Below, one piece after another: positions 50,701-63,439 of a stretch of DNA of 64,000 nucleotides. Source of the stretch: Okamejei kenojei (Eukaryota); assembly GCA_035221665.1 (NCBI GenBank), contig CM069162.1, forward strand, positions 25,234,001 to 25,298,000, given 5' to 3'. Position numbers and translations under genes: made by a program. The notes under the pieces are model-generated. The model saw only the letters and a list, made by a program, of their open reading frames with translations, ran no database searches and was not told the origin of the DNA. Each line of letters opens with the position of its first letter. The first letter of the stretch is position 1.

Positions 50701-53700
50701 TGAGTTTATGTGAGTAACTGTGTGTGTGGCTGTGTAAGCATAAATCTTTGTAAAATTGAAAGCAATTGTTATGTGGATGAAGAACTCAGAAATAAAATAG
50801 AAAGTGCTAAAAATCTCAGCAGCTCCTTAAGATTACAGACCCGAAGTGTTGACTGTTTCACTTTCCACAGATGCTGCTAAACTGGCTGATTTTCCAGCAA
50901 TTATTCTGTCTGTGGGTCGATGTGTGCATGGTTTTCTGAGTGTGCCTGTCAATGTGTGGTTGAGCATGAGAATTTGTGAGTGAGTGAGTTGAGTGTGGGT
51001 ACGTACACATCCTGTAGATCAGTCTTCACTGCCGCCAGGATTTTCACAAAGACTCTTTCTAAACTTTATTCCGCTTGAAGGCCAGACCCAGACATAGCCT
51101 GGATCAACAGCTTCGTTTCAAATAGAATTTATTTCAGTCCCTGATCAATCCTAAAGAACCACAAATTGACCAGAGCATGAAGTTTGAAGCAGATATTGCA
51201 ACAGAATCTCTCAGATGCTTAGGTCTTTAATCTACTTGAAATTGAAGCTCTCTGCCACTGGGTTCAAGTGCTTTCCCTGGTAGGGACAGCTGGCAAACTC
51301 TGCCAGGCAACTGGGTGTAATACTTGGCACGGATTCGGATGTGATATCTGACAGGAGGCTAAGATCTGCTTAATCAACAATCACAAAAAGGTTTTGTCAG
51401 GCAATTCTCAGCATATTAAAGTGCAAATTTAACTAGCCAGAGGCAAGGGGAGTGATTATAAAGGAGGACTTGTGGCAGATACAGTCGGTATCCTCGAAGA
51501 GTCCAGTGAGAAAACCCTATGAATGGTCCATAATGCCTGTAGTGGGAACATTTCCTGCAGTTTCTACTCAGGTCCTTCAACCTAATTACCTAATTCTGCA
51601 GAAACGGATAACTTTGGTGTTTGTGCATTTTAACCTTTTTTACCCAAACTGTCCCTCTTTCCTTTCACTGAAATTCATTGTCATAATTTGGTGATTGCTG
51701 GCATGTATCTACTGTGCATGAACATTGGCCCAAAAAAAGCAGCCATGCATGGCATTCATGAGCCACAAACAGTTTCAATGCAGCCAAGTACCCTTTAGTT
51801 CAGAAGGGAGGTAACTCTCAGTCACATGACAATTTAGTTCAGTTGAGTTTGGTTTATTGTCACGTATACCGAGGTACAGTGAAAAGCTTTCACTATACAC
51901 GTACGTGGGACTGGAGTCACCTGTGTGTTCAGACCAGATGAGGCCAACACACACCTTCTCCTACAGACAATAATGAAACAGTTTGGTGTTTTGGGTGTCT
52001 TAACACATTCACAGTTACTTTTTGCTGTTTCTGAGAGTTTTCAATTCAATTTATGAAAAATGCCTGTGTCGTGGAAACCTGTTACCGTACAGACAACAGT
52101 CATTGAGCCTCTCATGTTCTAAGCCAGACCCTGGTCTCCTGGTCGGTCTGCATTGCTCTGCAAAGTATTTCCCTCAAACCCCTATCCAATTTCTTTTTCA
52201 GGCACTGATTAATTTTATTTCCATCTCTAATTTAGATCATAACTAACGAAGTAACATCCTTTGTTACTTTTCCCACTTTTCACATCTATGCCCCTGGGCC
52301 TTGAACTACCGGTAAGTGACAATGGGAACAACTTCCCTCTATCGTCATGATCTAACCCAGTCCCGATCTTGTAACACCTCTATTAAGTTCAAGGCCTCCG
52401 TTTCTAAACACCAAGTTGATGCACAAATTTGAGATATCAATTATAGGCTCCAAGCAGAACTAGAGGACAGTAACTAAAAATACCAATTGGTACAGCTTGC
52501 AAGATAGATACTACAACTGGAGACGAGGGACACCAATTCAAGGCACTGTCCAGAGGGAGTTGCCAAATTAATTTGCCTGGGAGACAACAGTTGTGTGCAT
52601 CGCTGAATCTGTCCTTATTCAAGGACTAGACGTAACCAAATGCGATCTTACATATTTAGTGTAGGTAGACAAAAACTGCTGGAGAAACTCAGCGGGTGAG
52701 GCAGCATTTATGAACCGAAGGAATAGGTGACGTTTTGGGTCGAAGACCCTTCTTCACTATACATATTGAGTGCATCAGAGACATTAAGCGAGGGTCCAGA
52801 TAATTGGTGTTGAAAAAGCTCCTAATGGAGTGAGTCATCTCAAACACACAGAGATATGATATTCATAAAACCTGCTTCAATGTTTTAAACATCCAAGGTG
52901 GCTCACATTCTGAGTCAAAATAGGTTTTAAGGAGTGGCTTAAAGGTGAAGAGTTAGCTATAGAGATAAACCATAGAGAGGAAATTTCAAAATGTTAAAGC
53001 CTCAGAAACTCCAATAAAGGAGGGATTAAAAGCAGCAGTTATCTTGGGAGTGTTTTGGGCTGGAGGAACCTGCAGAGAATGGACCAGGCAGGGGAGTGAG
53101 GGATGAGGATTGAGGCAGCACCAATGCTGCGGGGACTTGTGTTCCTTGAAATGAATAGAAGCAAAATCAATCCACCTTTTGTTTTAAACTGTGCCAATCT
53201 GTCCTCTCCAAAACAGATAGGTTTCTTTCACAAAAAAACACACCGTTTGAAAAGTGCAATTTACAAAGAAAGTTTCCAAAACTTGTTGTTGCATGCAAAT
53301 GTATTTTAAAAAGAATTGTTCACGTTTCTACCTCAGTTAATTTAGGAATATATAAAAGCTGAAGATCAAGGAAAGCCAGCCAGCCATCAATGAAGCTTTT
53401 CCCCTCCCACCACCACCGCCCTCCTGTCCCCCACAGAAGAGGAATGGGAACAGTGAGAGAGCCCACAGCTGGTCAGTCCCTGCTGCTGAGCCACAGTTCA
53501 CCTCATTGATACATTAGTTGGTGTAAAAGTCTGAACAAATTACTGATTTGCAACACTCAGAGAAGGACCGTTTACCGCCTTTGTTTGTGTGAAAATCTCA
53601 CGTGGAAAATGAATCTGCTGACAGTCGCTGGCAAACTCACTGAAAAGCATAAAATGGGAAATTTTCTGCCCGTAAGTGGCATGAGCTAATGTCCATGTTT

Positions 53701-54299
53701 GAGCCACTGGACCATGCTGCTCGTTAGTGCAACGGGCTCTGTGATCTCACCGGGTATCTGACTTCTTAATTAGTGCAGAATGTGACACAAAGGACTTGTG
53801 ATTTACTCTCCCTCGAAGGCTCAGTGGGTACAATGCACTGTCCTCCTCTCAATCGAGTGAGTGTAGGTCCCAGCACAACCATGTTCTATGCCTATCACCA
53901 CAAAAAGGCCGATGGGGGTGCAGTGAATCAGTTTCATCGTTTGCTGGTTAATCAGGCTTGGTTCCCACTCCAGATTATTTCCCAGAGAATGCTGCTGCCA
54001 GATCATTTTGTGGAACAACAAGCAGTCTTGGCTGAGACAGCAAAAATCAGTTCAATTACCTTTTGCCCTGTTGCCCGTAAAAATTGTGGCACTGGGAGAG
54101 GTAGAGAGGACATCTAAAAACAATTCAGGAAAACAACCTGTACCCAGGGAGAGTCGGCACTTGCAGGTCTGGATCCCATGGCGAGTCAGCACCTTCAGGG
54201 GCAGGTAACTGGGTCCCAGGGATTAATCAGCACCTACAGGGGAGGGGTCTGGACGCCAGGAAGAGTCAGTACCGTCAAGGGCAGGTAACCGGCTTCATG

Positions 54300-54685
54300 G
54301 AGTCAGTCAGCAGTTACCATTGCGCGGTGGGATGACCCGCGCACGCAGTCCCTCTCGCCCATCAGTAAAGACGATCCTCTCCGGGAGGCCTCTGCCTGGC
54401 TGCGGTTTGTTGAATAAACTCTTCATGGTAAAATAATCTGGCCGCGCGTTTTTTCTACAGTTACCCTTGTGCTTAATCATACTTTTCGAATGCCCGACCC
54501 CAGAATGTGTGTTTGTTGCTGCAGGAAGGCGGGGAGCCGCGCCAAGCCTGGCCGGGCCTCGGGCCTCGGGGCCTACCCGCCACCGGCCGCGGGGTGGAAC
54601 TGAACGACGGATCAAGTTGGAGAAAAAAACGCGACAGAGGAAAAAACAAAACTTTAAAAATGAGCTCGGAGCAACTTAAAAACGC

Positions 54686-54722
<37 letters not shown>

Positions 54723-55060
54723 ATCATCCCCAGGCGCAGACACCGCCTCCATGACACATTCCGCGTTCGCCCGTGGGGACAGGCGGGCCTTCGTTTTTCC
54801 TCAGACATTCGTCCCACTGACATTCAGCCTCTCCTCAGCACCACTTTATAGACTACCTTCCCACAATAGTTCCTACACGATGGCGCCGCCAGAATAGGCC
54901 AAGGCCAGCAGCCACTCGCGGCGTCGTTGCCTCCCCTCGCCTCCTTCTGAGCTTCCATTGTACCGCGCCGAGGACGGACAGCTCGCAAAACAAGTTCGCG
55001 CCCCAACAACAAGCGTCCTACTGGCCTTAAACAGAGCTTACTGTGACACGACCAGGTAAA
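54300..55060. promoter_or_regulatory. CpG-rich, promoter-like island inside the presumed Pax7 intron 4
   Basis: Dense CpG/GC against an AT-richer background; (GCC)n(GAC)n tract at 54683-54722; ZNF143/SBS-like ACTACCTTCCCACAAT at 54852-54867; YY1-like GATGGCG at 54879-54885; splice-donor-like sites facing outward on both strands (54317 minus, 55056 plus). Confidence 0.55.
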
Positions 55061-56369
55061 GATAGACACACAGCGCAGTGCACAAAACCGCCAGTTTTGG
55101 GTGCCAACCACCTCATAAATAATAAAATGGGGTTAGTGTAGAATTTGGTATAAATGGATGTTTGATTGGTTAGCGTGACCTGTGTGGGACCAAGGGCCTG
55201 TTTCCATGATGTGCGGCACTGTTTATAAAGGATGATGTGGGTGCAAGCAATCCCTCACTGGAGACACTAGAAACTGCAGATGCTGGAATCTGTAATCAGG
55301 CTTTGTTACCTGGGCATGTGGCTGAGCAGTCTGTTGGCTTGGCTTTCCCTATTGAGAAACAGATGGGGACAGACCTGGATCAAGAGGAGGTTCTTGATCA
55401 TGAAAGGCTTAGAATTGCCTCTCCCTGGTTTTTAAGTGCCTGTATGGTTATTGAGTGACATTTTGAATTCTTCGACTTACCCAGTCGTGCAGGCAACTTT
55501 CCTTAGCTGACTGTACAGTCAGGAAAACTATTCACCTCCTCTTTGAAAAGTCTTTGTACACTCCTCTTTAAACATGAACATGGACTGCCTTAAACAACAT
55601 GTCCAACTTGACATCCTTCACGCCAGGCCAAAAAAAGGCATTGAATCCAGTTTTCGTTTCATTTTTCTTTTAAGAATAATGCTCGGTATTATTAGTGAAC
55701 AGTGATGCTGACTTTGAAGATCAAGATCCCTTTTTGGTGCAAAATAAAGGGAAAATATATCCACTGTGATAATAGCTCCAAAGCTCTTAACTGTCGATAC
55801 CGTAAGGGCAAAATGTAAATTCAGAAGTGTGGGCGGTGGGTGGGACAGGGCAGCAAGAAGAAGAAATGGGTGATGTTTCGGGTTGAGACCCATCTTCAGA
55901 CTGATGAACAGTCTCATGAGTGTTCTCAGGACAGGTCATTACGTAATAACATTGTGGAACCAACAACAATAGAATTTCACCTTCAGTTTGAGAATGAGAA
56001 ATGTAACTAATAACTTTCTTTACCAAAGGCTGCAAAAAGGTAAGAAGACAGAATTGATTGGTTGGAAAATGGATTAGATGGTAAAGCGGTGGATAAGCAA
56101 GCAACCATTTAGATGTTATATTCATAATACTCAAGCTTATGTTCCATGACTAATTAGAAAGTATGACATCAAACTAAATGAAAGTGCACACTAGGTTGCA
56201 AAGATTAGTGCATACACCAGAAACTGAGGAAAAACTACATGGGATGACCAAATAAATAATAAAGAGATTTATAAGTTAGCCATTAAGTATAAGAAATTAA
56301 GAACTTCCAGAAGTTTATAAAAGGGAACTTCCAGAAGTTTATAAAGTAGATATTGGTTTCTTATAGTCA

Positions 56370-56670
56370 AAGATACAGCACAAAAACAGGGCCCCTTGGC
56401 CCACTGAGTATTTATCAACCAGCAAGTGTCTTTGCATTAATCCCATTCTTTATTTATTCTCCGCACATCTCATCAACACCCCACATTTACCACTCACCCA
56501 AGGGTTTAATTTGCAACGGCTAATTAAATCCCCATCTTTGGGAGGAGGAAACCTTACACGGTCACAGGAAGAATGTGTAAAGTCCATACAGACATTAATC
56601 AAGATCAGGATTCAACCAGGTCTCTGCCATTGTAAACCAGAGGTTCCACTGGCTTTGCCACTGTGCTGTC
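56370..56670 (-). mobile_element. Diverged HE1-type V-SINE
   Basis: gatacagcac..aaacagg..ccttggcccactgag ... ggtcacaggaagaatgtgtaaagtccatacagac ... gccactgtgctgtcc. Confidence 0.7.
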
Positions 56671-56869
56671 CACTCTAGAGGAGGATTTGAATTAATAATG
56701 GGAAATAAGGAAAGATAGTGATTATGGAAACTAATATTTTTATCTATCTTCTTGCCAGATGACATTTGAAGTATCCAATTAAAATAATAAATATTCTGGG
56801 GGTGGGTTGGGGGGGGGGAGGGCATATAATTATAGTGAAAAGTACAAGGGAAACCAATGGAATTAATGG

Positions 56870-58210
56870 CTGACAGGGGCTAGTATTCAGAGTATTAAAA
56901 ACAAGTAGTTGCGGAAAAAGTGGGTGCAGTAGTGTGTTTCCTTCCAAAATATTCTCAATTTTGAACAGATTGAAACTGAAAATGTAATGTCTCATTGGAA
57001 TGGGTCGAGGGGCTGAAACCAGAAACTCTAGCAGTTAGGCTAACATCTATCACTGGGAAAAATACTGGAATCCATTATCAGGAAATAGTAGAAGAATGTT
57101 TAGAAAAAATTATAACACTATCAAGCAGAGTCCAATGGTTTTTATAAAAGAAAAGTCTATTACAAAATCTTTTGAGGATGTAATGAAAAGGTGGATAAAG
57201 GGAAACAGTAGATGTAGTATATTTGAATTTCCAAAAGATAATCTGCAATGTGGCATTTGAAAGATAAGAGCTTATTGCACTGGGGGTAATGTATTATTGT
57301 GGAGAGAGATTGGCTAACCAAGAAAAACAGATAGATGGTTTAAATGATTATTTTTATGTTGGAAGCTGCACCTTGTGGGGTGCCGCAGGGATTAGTGTTG
57401 GGCACAGATATTTAATTACAAATCTGCACTTTATGATAAATGAAGGAACTGAGTTTATTATTGCTAAATTTACTAAACACACTGTGATAGATGGGAAAAC
57501 AAGTTGTTCTTAGGGTTACAAAGAAACAGCAAAGGGTTTTTGCAGTTTACATGAGTGGGCAAAAAAATTGGCTGATTAAATATAATGTGGGATATGAAAT
57601 TATTCATTTATGTAGGAGGATTGGGAAAGCAGAATGTTGTTTTAAGTGGAGTGAGACTAAAGGATGGAACTGAAGGAAAGGGATCTTGGTAAGGATACAG
57701 TGAAATTTGTCTGTACGCACAATAAGTTTTTTGGAAGGCGAACAAAGTATTGGCCTTATTTCAGGAGGTTGGATGATAAAAAATAGGGAATATCTTTTTT
57801 TTACACTTTACAGAGCGAGTCCATACCTGAAGTACTGCATACAGTTCCGAGTCTTATTTAAAGAGGGATATGCTTTCAGTTCAGGGGATGAGATCACAAG
57901 GCTTTTGACTTCTGGGATGAGGTTCTATCTGCGTAAAGAAATGTTTGGCAGTTTGTTTGGGCATAATAACTGAAGTTTAAGTGAATGAGAGCTGAACATA
58001 TTCACGTGTATATGATTCTGTGGGTTATGGGACAGGGTGGGAGGAACCACCACAAGGAATGGAACTAGGGAGGCAAAGTATAAGAACAAACATTTGACCT
58101 ATTAGATGGAGATGAAGAAGAATCTATTCTCGCAGTTTTTGGAATTTAGAGATAGGCAAACATTTAGAATAATAGAAACATAGGATGTAGGCTATCAGCC
58201 CTTCAAGCTT
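56870..58210 (+). mobile_element. Old, highly degraded CR1-type LINE ORF2 remnant
   Basis: Collinear decayed RT segments (gtagatgtagtatatttgaatttccaaaag; ggggtgccgcagggattagtgttggg; gctaaatttactaaacacac). Confidence 0.7.
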
Positions 58211-58839
58211 CTTCGAATGACTTGACTTCAATCCTGACTGATTCATCCTCTTCACTCCTCCATCTCTTGCTTCTCCCCATAGGCTTGACCTCTTTTGCAT
58301 GAAGAAATATATCAACTTTCTTTCTGATAGTTTAATAAATTTCTGGGGCTCGAAAATGTGAGGTGATGCCAGGTCAGATCAGGTGAAGATTGTGAATGGC
58401 CAGGACAAGGAAAGGCGTTGGCCAGTTCCTACTTCAATTTTTCATGGATAGCCATCTTCACCTTTGCACTCTCAGAAACCTTGGATTCATTCGGATTGTA
58501 AAATAAAGGACACTCAAGGGCTGGTGTAAGATAGGTGGGTCCTGTTTCTTCTTGTGTGGCAATGTGTATTTGATCTTCTGTTTGTGACATCGAGTTGATT
58601 GCATAGTCATAACAGGGCGGACGCCACGTGAAGTTGATTCTTCCACCCAGTTGGGTCTGCTGCATTCTGGAGAACGGGGTAGGCACAATCGTTTTGGGTT
58701 GGGACCCTTCTTCAGGATGAGTGTGTAGGAGGTAGAAAGTTGTAAGGAAGAGGCGGGCAAAGCTGGCAAAGTGATTATAGGTGGATTATGGTAAAGAGGG
58801 TTTGTTGGGCGATGGTTGAAAAAGACAGAGATGAAAACA

Positions 58840-59630
58840 ATTGAAAAATAGGTGCAGGGGTAGGCAGACTTGGCCATTTCATTTGATCATTGTGGATCAT
58901 CTAATGATCCAGTACCCCATTCCTGCTTTTTCCCCATCTCCTTTGAGTTCCCTTTAGGGCTAAGAGCTTAATATCTAACTCCCATCTTGAAAAATCCAGT
59001 GAATTGGCCTCACTGCCTTCTGTGGCAGGTGAATTCCACAGATTTACAAATTCTGGGATGTAAAGTTTTTTGCCTCATCTCAGTCCTAAATGGCCTTACC
59101 TTTATTCTTAAATCCTGTGACCTGGCTCTGGGATCCCCAAAATCAGGAACATTTTTCCTGCATCTAGTCGGTTCAATCCTGTAAGTATTTTATGTGTTTT
59201 CATAAGATCTCTCTCAACTTTCTAAATTCCAGTGAATACAAGCCAGTCGCACCATTCTTTCATCCTTATATCAGTACCGCTCTGGATTTAAACTAGGAAC
59301 TACGCTTGCACCTGTCAATAATCAATAATGTCCTTCTCATATGTTGGAAACAAATTGTTGAAATTCTACTTCAGGTGCGTTTCACCAGGGCCTGTACACA
59401 ACTGCAGTAGGACCTCTTTGCTCTAAACTCAAATCCTCGTGTAATGAAAGTCAAAATGACATTGCTTTTATTCACTGCCTGCTGTACCAGCATGCTTACT
59501 TTCAGTGACTGATGTACAAGCACACATGTTTGTTGGACCTCGCTTTTTCTAATCTGACACCAGTCTCATAATAATATGTCTTCCTGTCTTGCACAAAGTG
59601 GATAATCACATTTCTCCACATAACCTTACA
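58840..59630 (-). mobile_element. CR1/HER1-type LINE 3' portion
   Basis: Reverse-complement match to the 62.0-62.7 kb LINE, with many small indels. Confidence 0.8.
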
Positions 59631-60762
59631 TTTATCCACAGACAATAATTCTATATAAGGAGACAAACAGGTTGTGAAATGTGAAGCAGAGGAAGGGTTG
59701 CAGGTGCAAGCGGATGGAGGAGGGGTGGGGGAGGGGAGGGAGAGGGGAAAGGTGGTGCGATAGTAGGGTGAAATGGATGTGATTCATGGAGGGGCATATG
59801 GAGAGAGGACTGGAGGGGTTTATAGGGAAAAGGAGAAAAAAAAATACTTGGGTTAGTAGTTATATAAAATTGGAGATTCGCGCAGTGCACAGACCATGAG
59901 TTGTAATCACTATTAAAGGTGCTGTTCTCAGTCTCCATGTGGCCTCGAGTGACCTGGCAATGGAGGATGCCAAGACAGGAATGGTCAGTGCTGGCAATGG
60001 GAATAAGGGGAGTTAAAATGGTTAGCAATGTTCTGCTGATGGATTGGATTAGATATGGCGAAGCTGTCTATGGTACAGGGGCAGCTGCGTTGAGGAATGT
60101 AGTAATGTTTGTATGGAGTTGAAATCCTTCAAAACAGTGTGGAGACCTTATGTACGAAGGATCTGCAAGGTATCAGTTAACTCCGAAGCAGAACCATTCT
60201 TGTACAATTATAGGTGGGACCAACAAAATACGGGGAAGAAAATGGAATGACTCTCATCATAAGGGATTGGGGTTTTTTCATTCAAGAAGGTGAAAAAATC
60301 AGTTTACTAAACAACATGACCAACCATATTTCTCAGTGTGGTGGGATAATGGATGGAATATTAGGTGGTGTGTTCGCAAAAAGAAACTCCTCGGGTGCTA
60401 TTCCGACGACGTTTTCATAAGAAGTTTCTTTGTTCCTGTTTTTAAAATTTTTAAAATGCCGGGTGTGGTACAGTGTCCAAAGGTTGGGAGGGTGGTGAGG
60501 TGGGGTAGGGAGAAATTTACCTTAATAGCTAGGGCACTCTTACAATCATCCCCCTCTCAGCCACGCCCATCTACACACAAATCAGTTGAAGGGGCATCGT
60601 AAACAAGGCTTTGACGTGCTGCAGTTAGGCACATTCATTGATAACCAAATCCTTTACCAAGAATCACAATGATTCACATCCATCAAATAAACCCTCAACC
60701 CACCCCATATCATAAATATTCTAACATCACCACAACCCCATATTTCCATTTAAACCCAACAC

Positions 60763-61262
60763 NNNNNNNNNNNNNNNNNNNNNNNNNNNNNNNNNNNNNN
60801 NNNNNNNNNNNNNNNNNNNNNNNNNNNNNNNNNNNNNNNNNNNNNNNNNNNNNNNNNNNNNNNNNNNNNNNNNNNNNNNNNNNNNNNNNNNNNNNNNNNN
60901 NNNNNNNNNNNNNNNNNNNNNNNNNNNNNNNNNNNNNNNNNNNNNNNNNNNNNNNNNNNNNNNNNNNNNNNNNNNNNNNNNNNNNNNNNNNNNNNNNNNN
61001 NNNNNNNNNNNNNNNNNNNNNNNNNNNNNNNNNNNNNNNNNNNNNNNNNNNNNNNNNNNNNNNNNNNNNNNNNNNNNNNNNNNNNNNNNNNNNNNNNNNN
61101 NNNNNNNNNNNNNNNNNNNNNNNNNNNNNNNNNNNNNNNNNNNNNNNNNNNNNNNNNNNNNNNNNNNNNNNNNNNNNNNNNNNNNNNNNNNNNNNNNNNN
61201 NNNNNNNNNNNNNNNNNNNNNNNNNNNNNNNNNNNNNNNNNNNNNNNNNNNNNNNNNNNNNN
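60763..61262. other. 500-N assembly gap (fixed-size scaffold join)
   Basis: Exactly 500 N. Confidence 0.98.
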
Positions 61263-61499
61263 GGGGTGAGTTGGTGTTAAATAGGTGAATAGTTTGTAGA
61301 TGTTTTTATGTTGGTGAGTAATAGGTTCAGGAGGGAGGGGTTGTGGAGTGGTTGTTATAAAGTTGGTATGTAAAAGAATTTGTTTAAATGTTTTGTGGGT
61401 AAAGGTTAGATGTGAGTGGGTTAGGTTTATAGGAGGAAGTTGAGGAGGTTTTGGTGGTGTGGGTATTGATTTTGTTTTTGAGTGAATGGGGATGGTTGT

Positions 61500-62680
61500 A
61501 TAGAGGGTATGGATTGGAAGTTGATTAGGGCAAACAAAGAGAGTAGGGGGCAATAATTGAGAACTATGTATTGGGGAGGTATTGACATGAGAAGTAATGG
61601 TTTGGCAGAATTGGTGACAGGAAACAAAGATAGGAATAAAACGGGTAGTTGAATGGCGGCAGGAGCGTGTGGAGTTCCGCAAGGGCTTTTTTCGGTGTGG
61701 GCCCAACTATTTACATTAAATGATTTAGGTGATGGAAATTAAAAGTAAACACTGCAAAATTTTCATTGACCACAAGCTGGGTGCAGTGTGAACTGCGAAG
61801 GGGATGCGCGGAGGTTTGCAGGGTGACTTTGACAGTTGAATAAGTGGTCAGATCATGGCAGATGCAGTATAAGTAGATAAATGAGAGGTATCCTCTTTGC
61901 CAGCAGAGAAACAAGGAAGGGCAATTATTATCACAATGGTGCAGATTAGGAAAAAGGGAAGTGCAAACAGACCTGGGTGTCCTTTACACCAGTCACAGAA
62001 AGTAAAACATGCAGGTATAGCAAGCAGTGAAGAAAGCAAATGGCATGTTGGCCTTCATAACGAGAGGATTTGAGTTTGGGAGTAAAGAGGTCCTTCTGCA
62101 GTTGTGCAGGGCCCTGGTGAGAACTCATCTGGAAGTAATGTTGCAGTTTTGAGCCCTCCTAATTAAGGAAGGAATCCTAGCTATTGAGCAGTGGAGCGTA
62201 TTCACGAGGTTAATCCTCAGGATGGCGGGACTGTCATGTGAGGAAAGATTGGAAAGACTGGGCTTCTATTCACCGGAATTTAGAAGGAAGAGAGGGGATC
62301 TTATAGAAACATATATAATTATAAAAGGACTGGACAAGCTAGATGCAGGAAAAATTTCCCAGTGTTGGTTGAGTCCAGAAACCAGGGCACACAGTCTAAG
62401 AAAAAAGGGATGCCAATTAAAATTGAGATGAGAAAAAATGTTTTCACCCAGAGAGTTGTGAATTTGTGGAATTCTCTGCCACAGAAGGCAGTAGAGGCCA
62501 ATTCACTGCATGAATTTAAGAGAGAGTTTGATAGAGCTCTAGGGCTAGCGGATCAAGGATATGGAGAGAAGGCAGGCACGGGTAACTGATTGTGAGAACA
62601 CCATGATCACAATGCATGGCGATGCTGGCTCGAAGGGCCAAATGCCTCCTCCTGCACTCAATTTCCATGTTTCTATGTGT
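61500..62680 (+). mobile_element. CR1/HER1-type LINE ORF2 and 3' end
   Basis: MAGLSCEERLERLGFYSPEFRRKRGDLIETYIIIKGLDKLDAGK and KNVFTQRVVNLWNSLPQKAVEA; tail catgtttctatgt. Confidence 0.88.
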
Positions 62681-63439
62681 CTTTTTTGGTGTGTAAACAG
62701 CATCTGCAAAATCCTTCGAACACGATGTATCAGGTACGATTGTCTGTGGTGGAACAGCTCTTTGTGAATCAACGCACATGGGCAACCTGTGTACCCTCTG
62801 TGCAAGTATTCCCTTGGGATCTGCCAGGCGCGGAGGGAAAAGGATGGAACGAGAGTTTATAAAGCATGCTTCCGCATAGGCATCTTTTTTTTAATTGTTT
62901 ACAGCTCACATCCACTGAGAGTTTTTCATGTTGACCCCACATCCATTATGGCTACCCTGTTATTATCTACCCAACTGAAACCCAAACATCGCCTCACCAA
63001 ACCACCTCAACTCCACCACATCCTTACCCATAGACTTGCCTCCTCACGACATGCTGAAGATAAAAGGTCTCAGAGATTCTCAAACATAATCCTGATTCAG
63101 GAAACGAGGAAGCTATCAAAAAACTGTTGTTGTGTTTAAACCGATTATTTGAATGGTGATAATTATTCAGAGTCTCCAGCATGCAGCCCTTCCTTTCTGC
63201 TCTCATTTAATTGTATGCTTCCTTCTTGACTGGGTATAAAGCCTCCCTTGTTTCCGTCTGACTGTTTTATCTGTTCCATTGTGAGCAATTCTGAATGGGA
63301 GAGGGGAGAGCACGAGAAGGAAAGATTTTGACGATGCCGCTGGGAATGCTGCAAGTGATACACTCACCACACAAGAGAGCTTTTAAGGACCGGCCCTTCT
63401 TCTCCCAGCTTCCACAGCCTGAACTGGTGTCTCTTCGTT

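Noticed and set aside
60214-60420. ORF containing MDGILG, reminiscent of the octapeptide HSIDGILG
   Set aside because: Wrong strand for the gene, no flanking similarity, and located in low-quality sequence.
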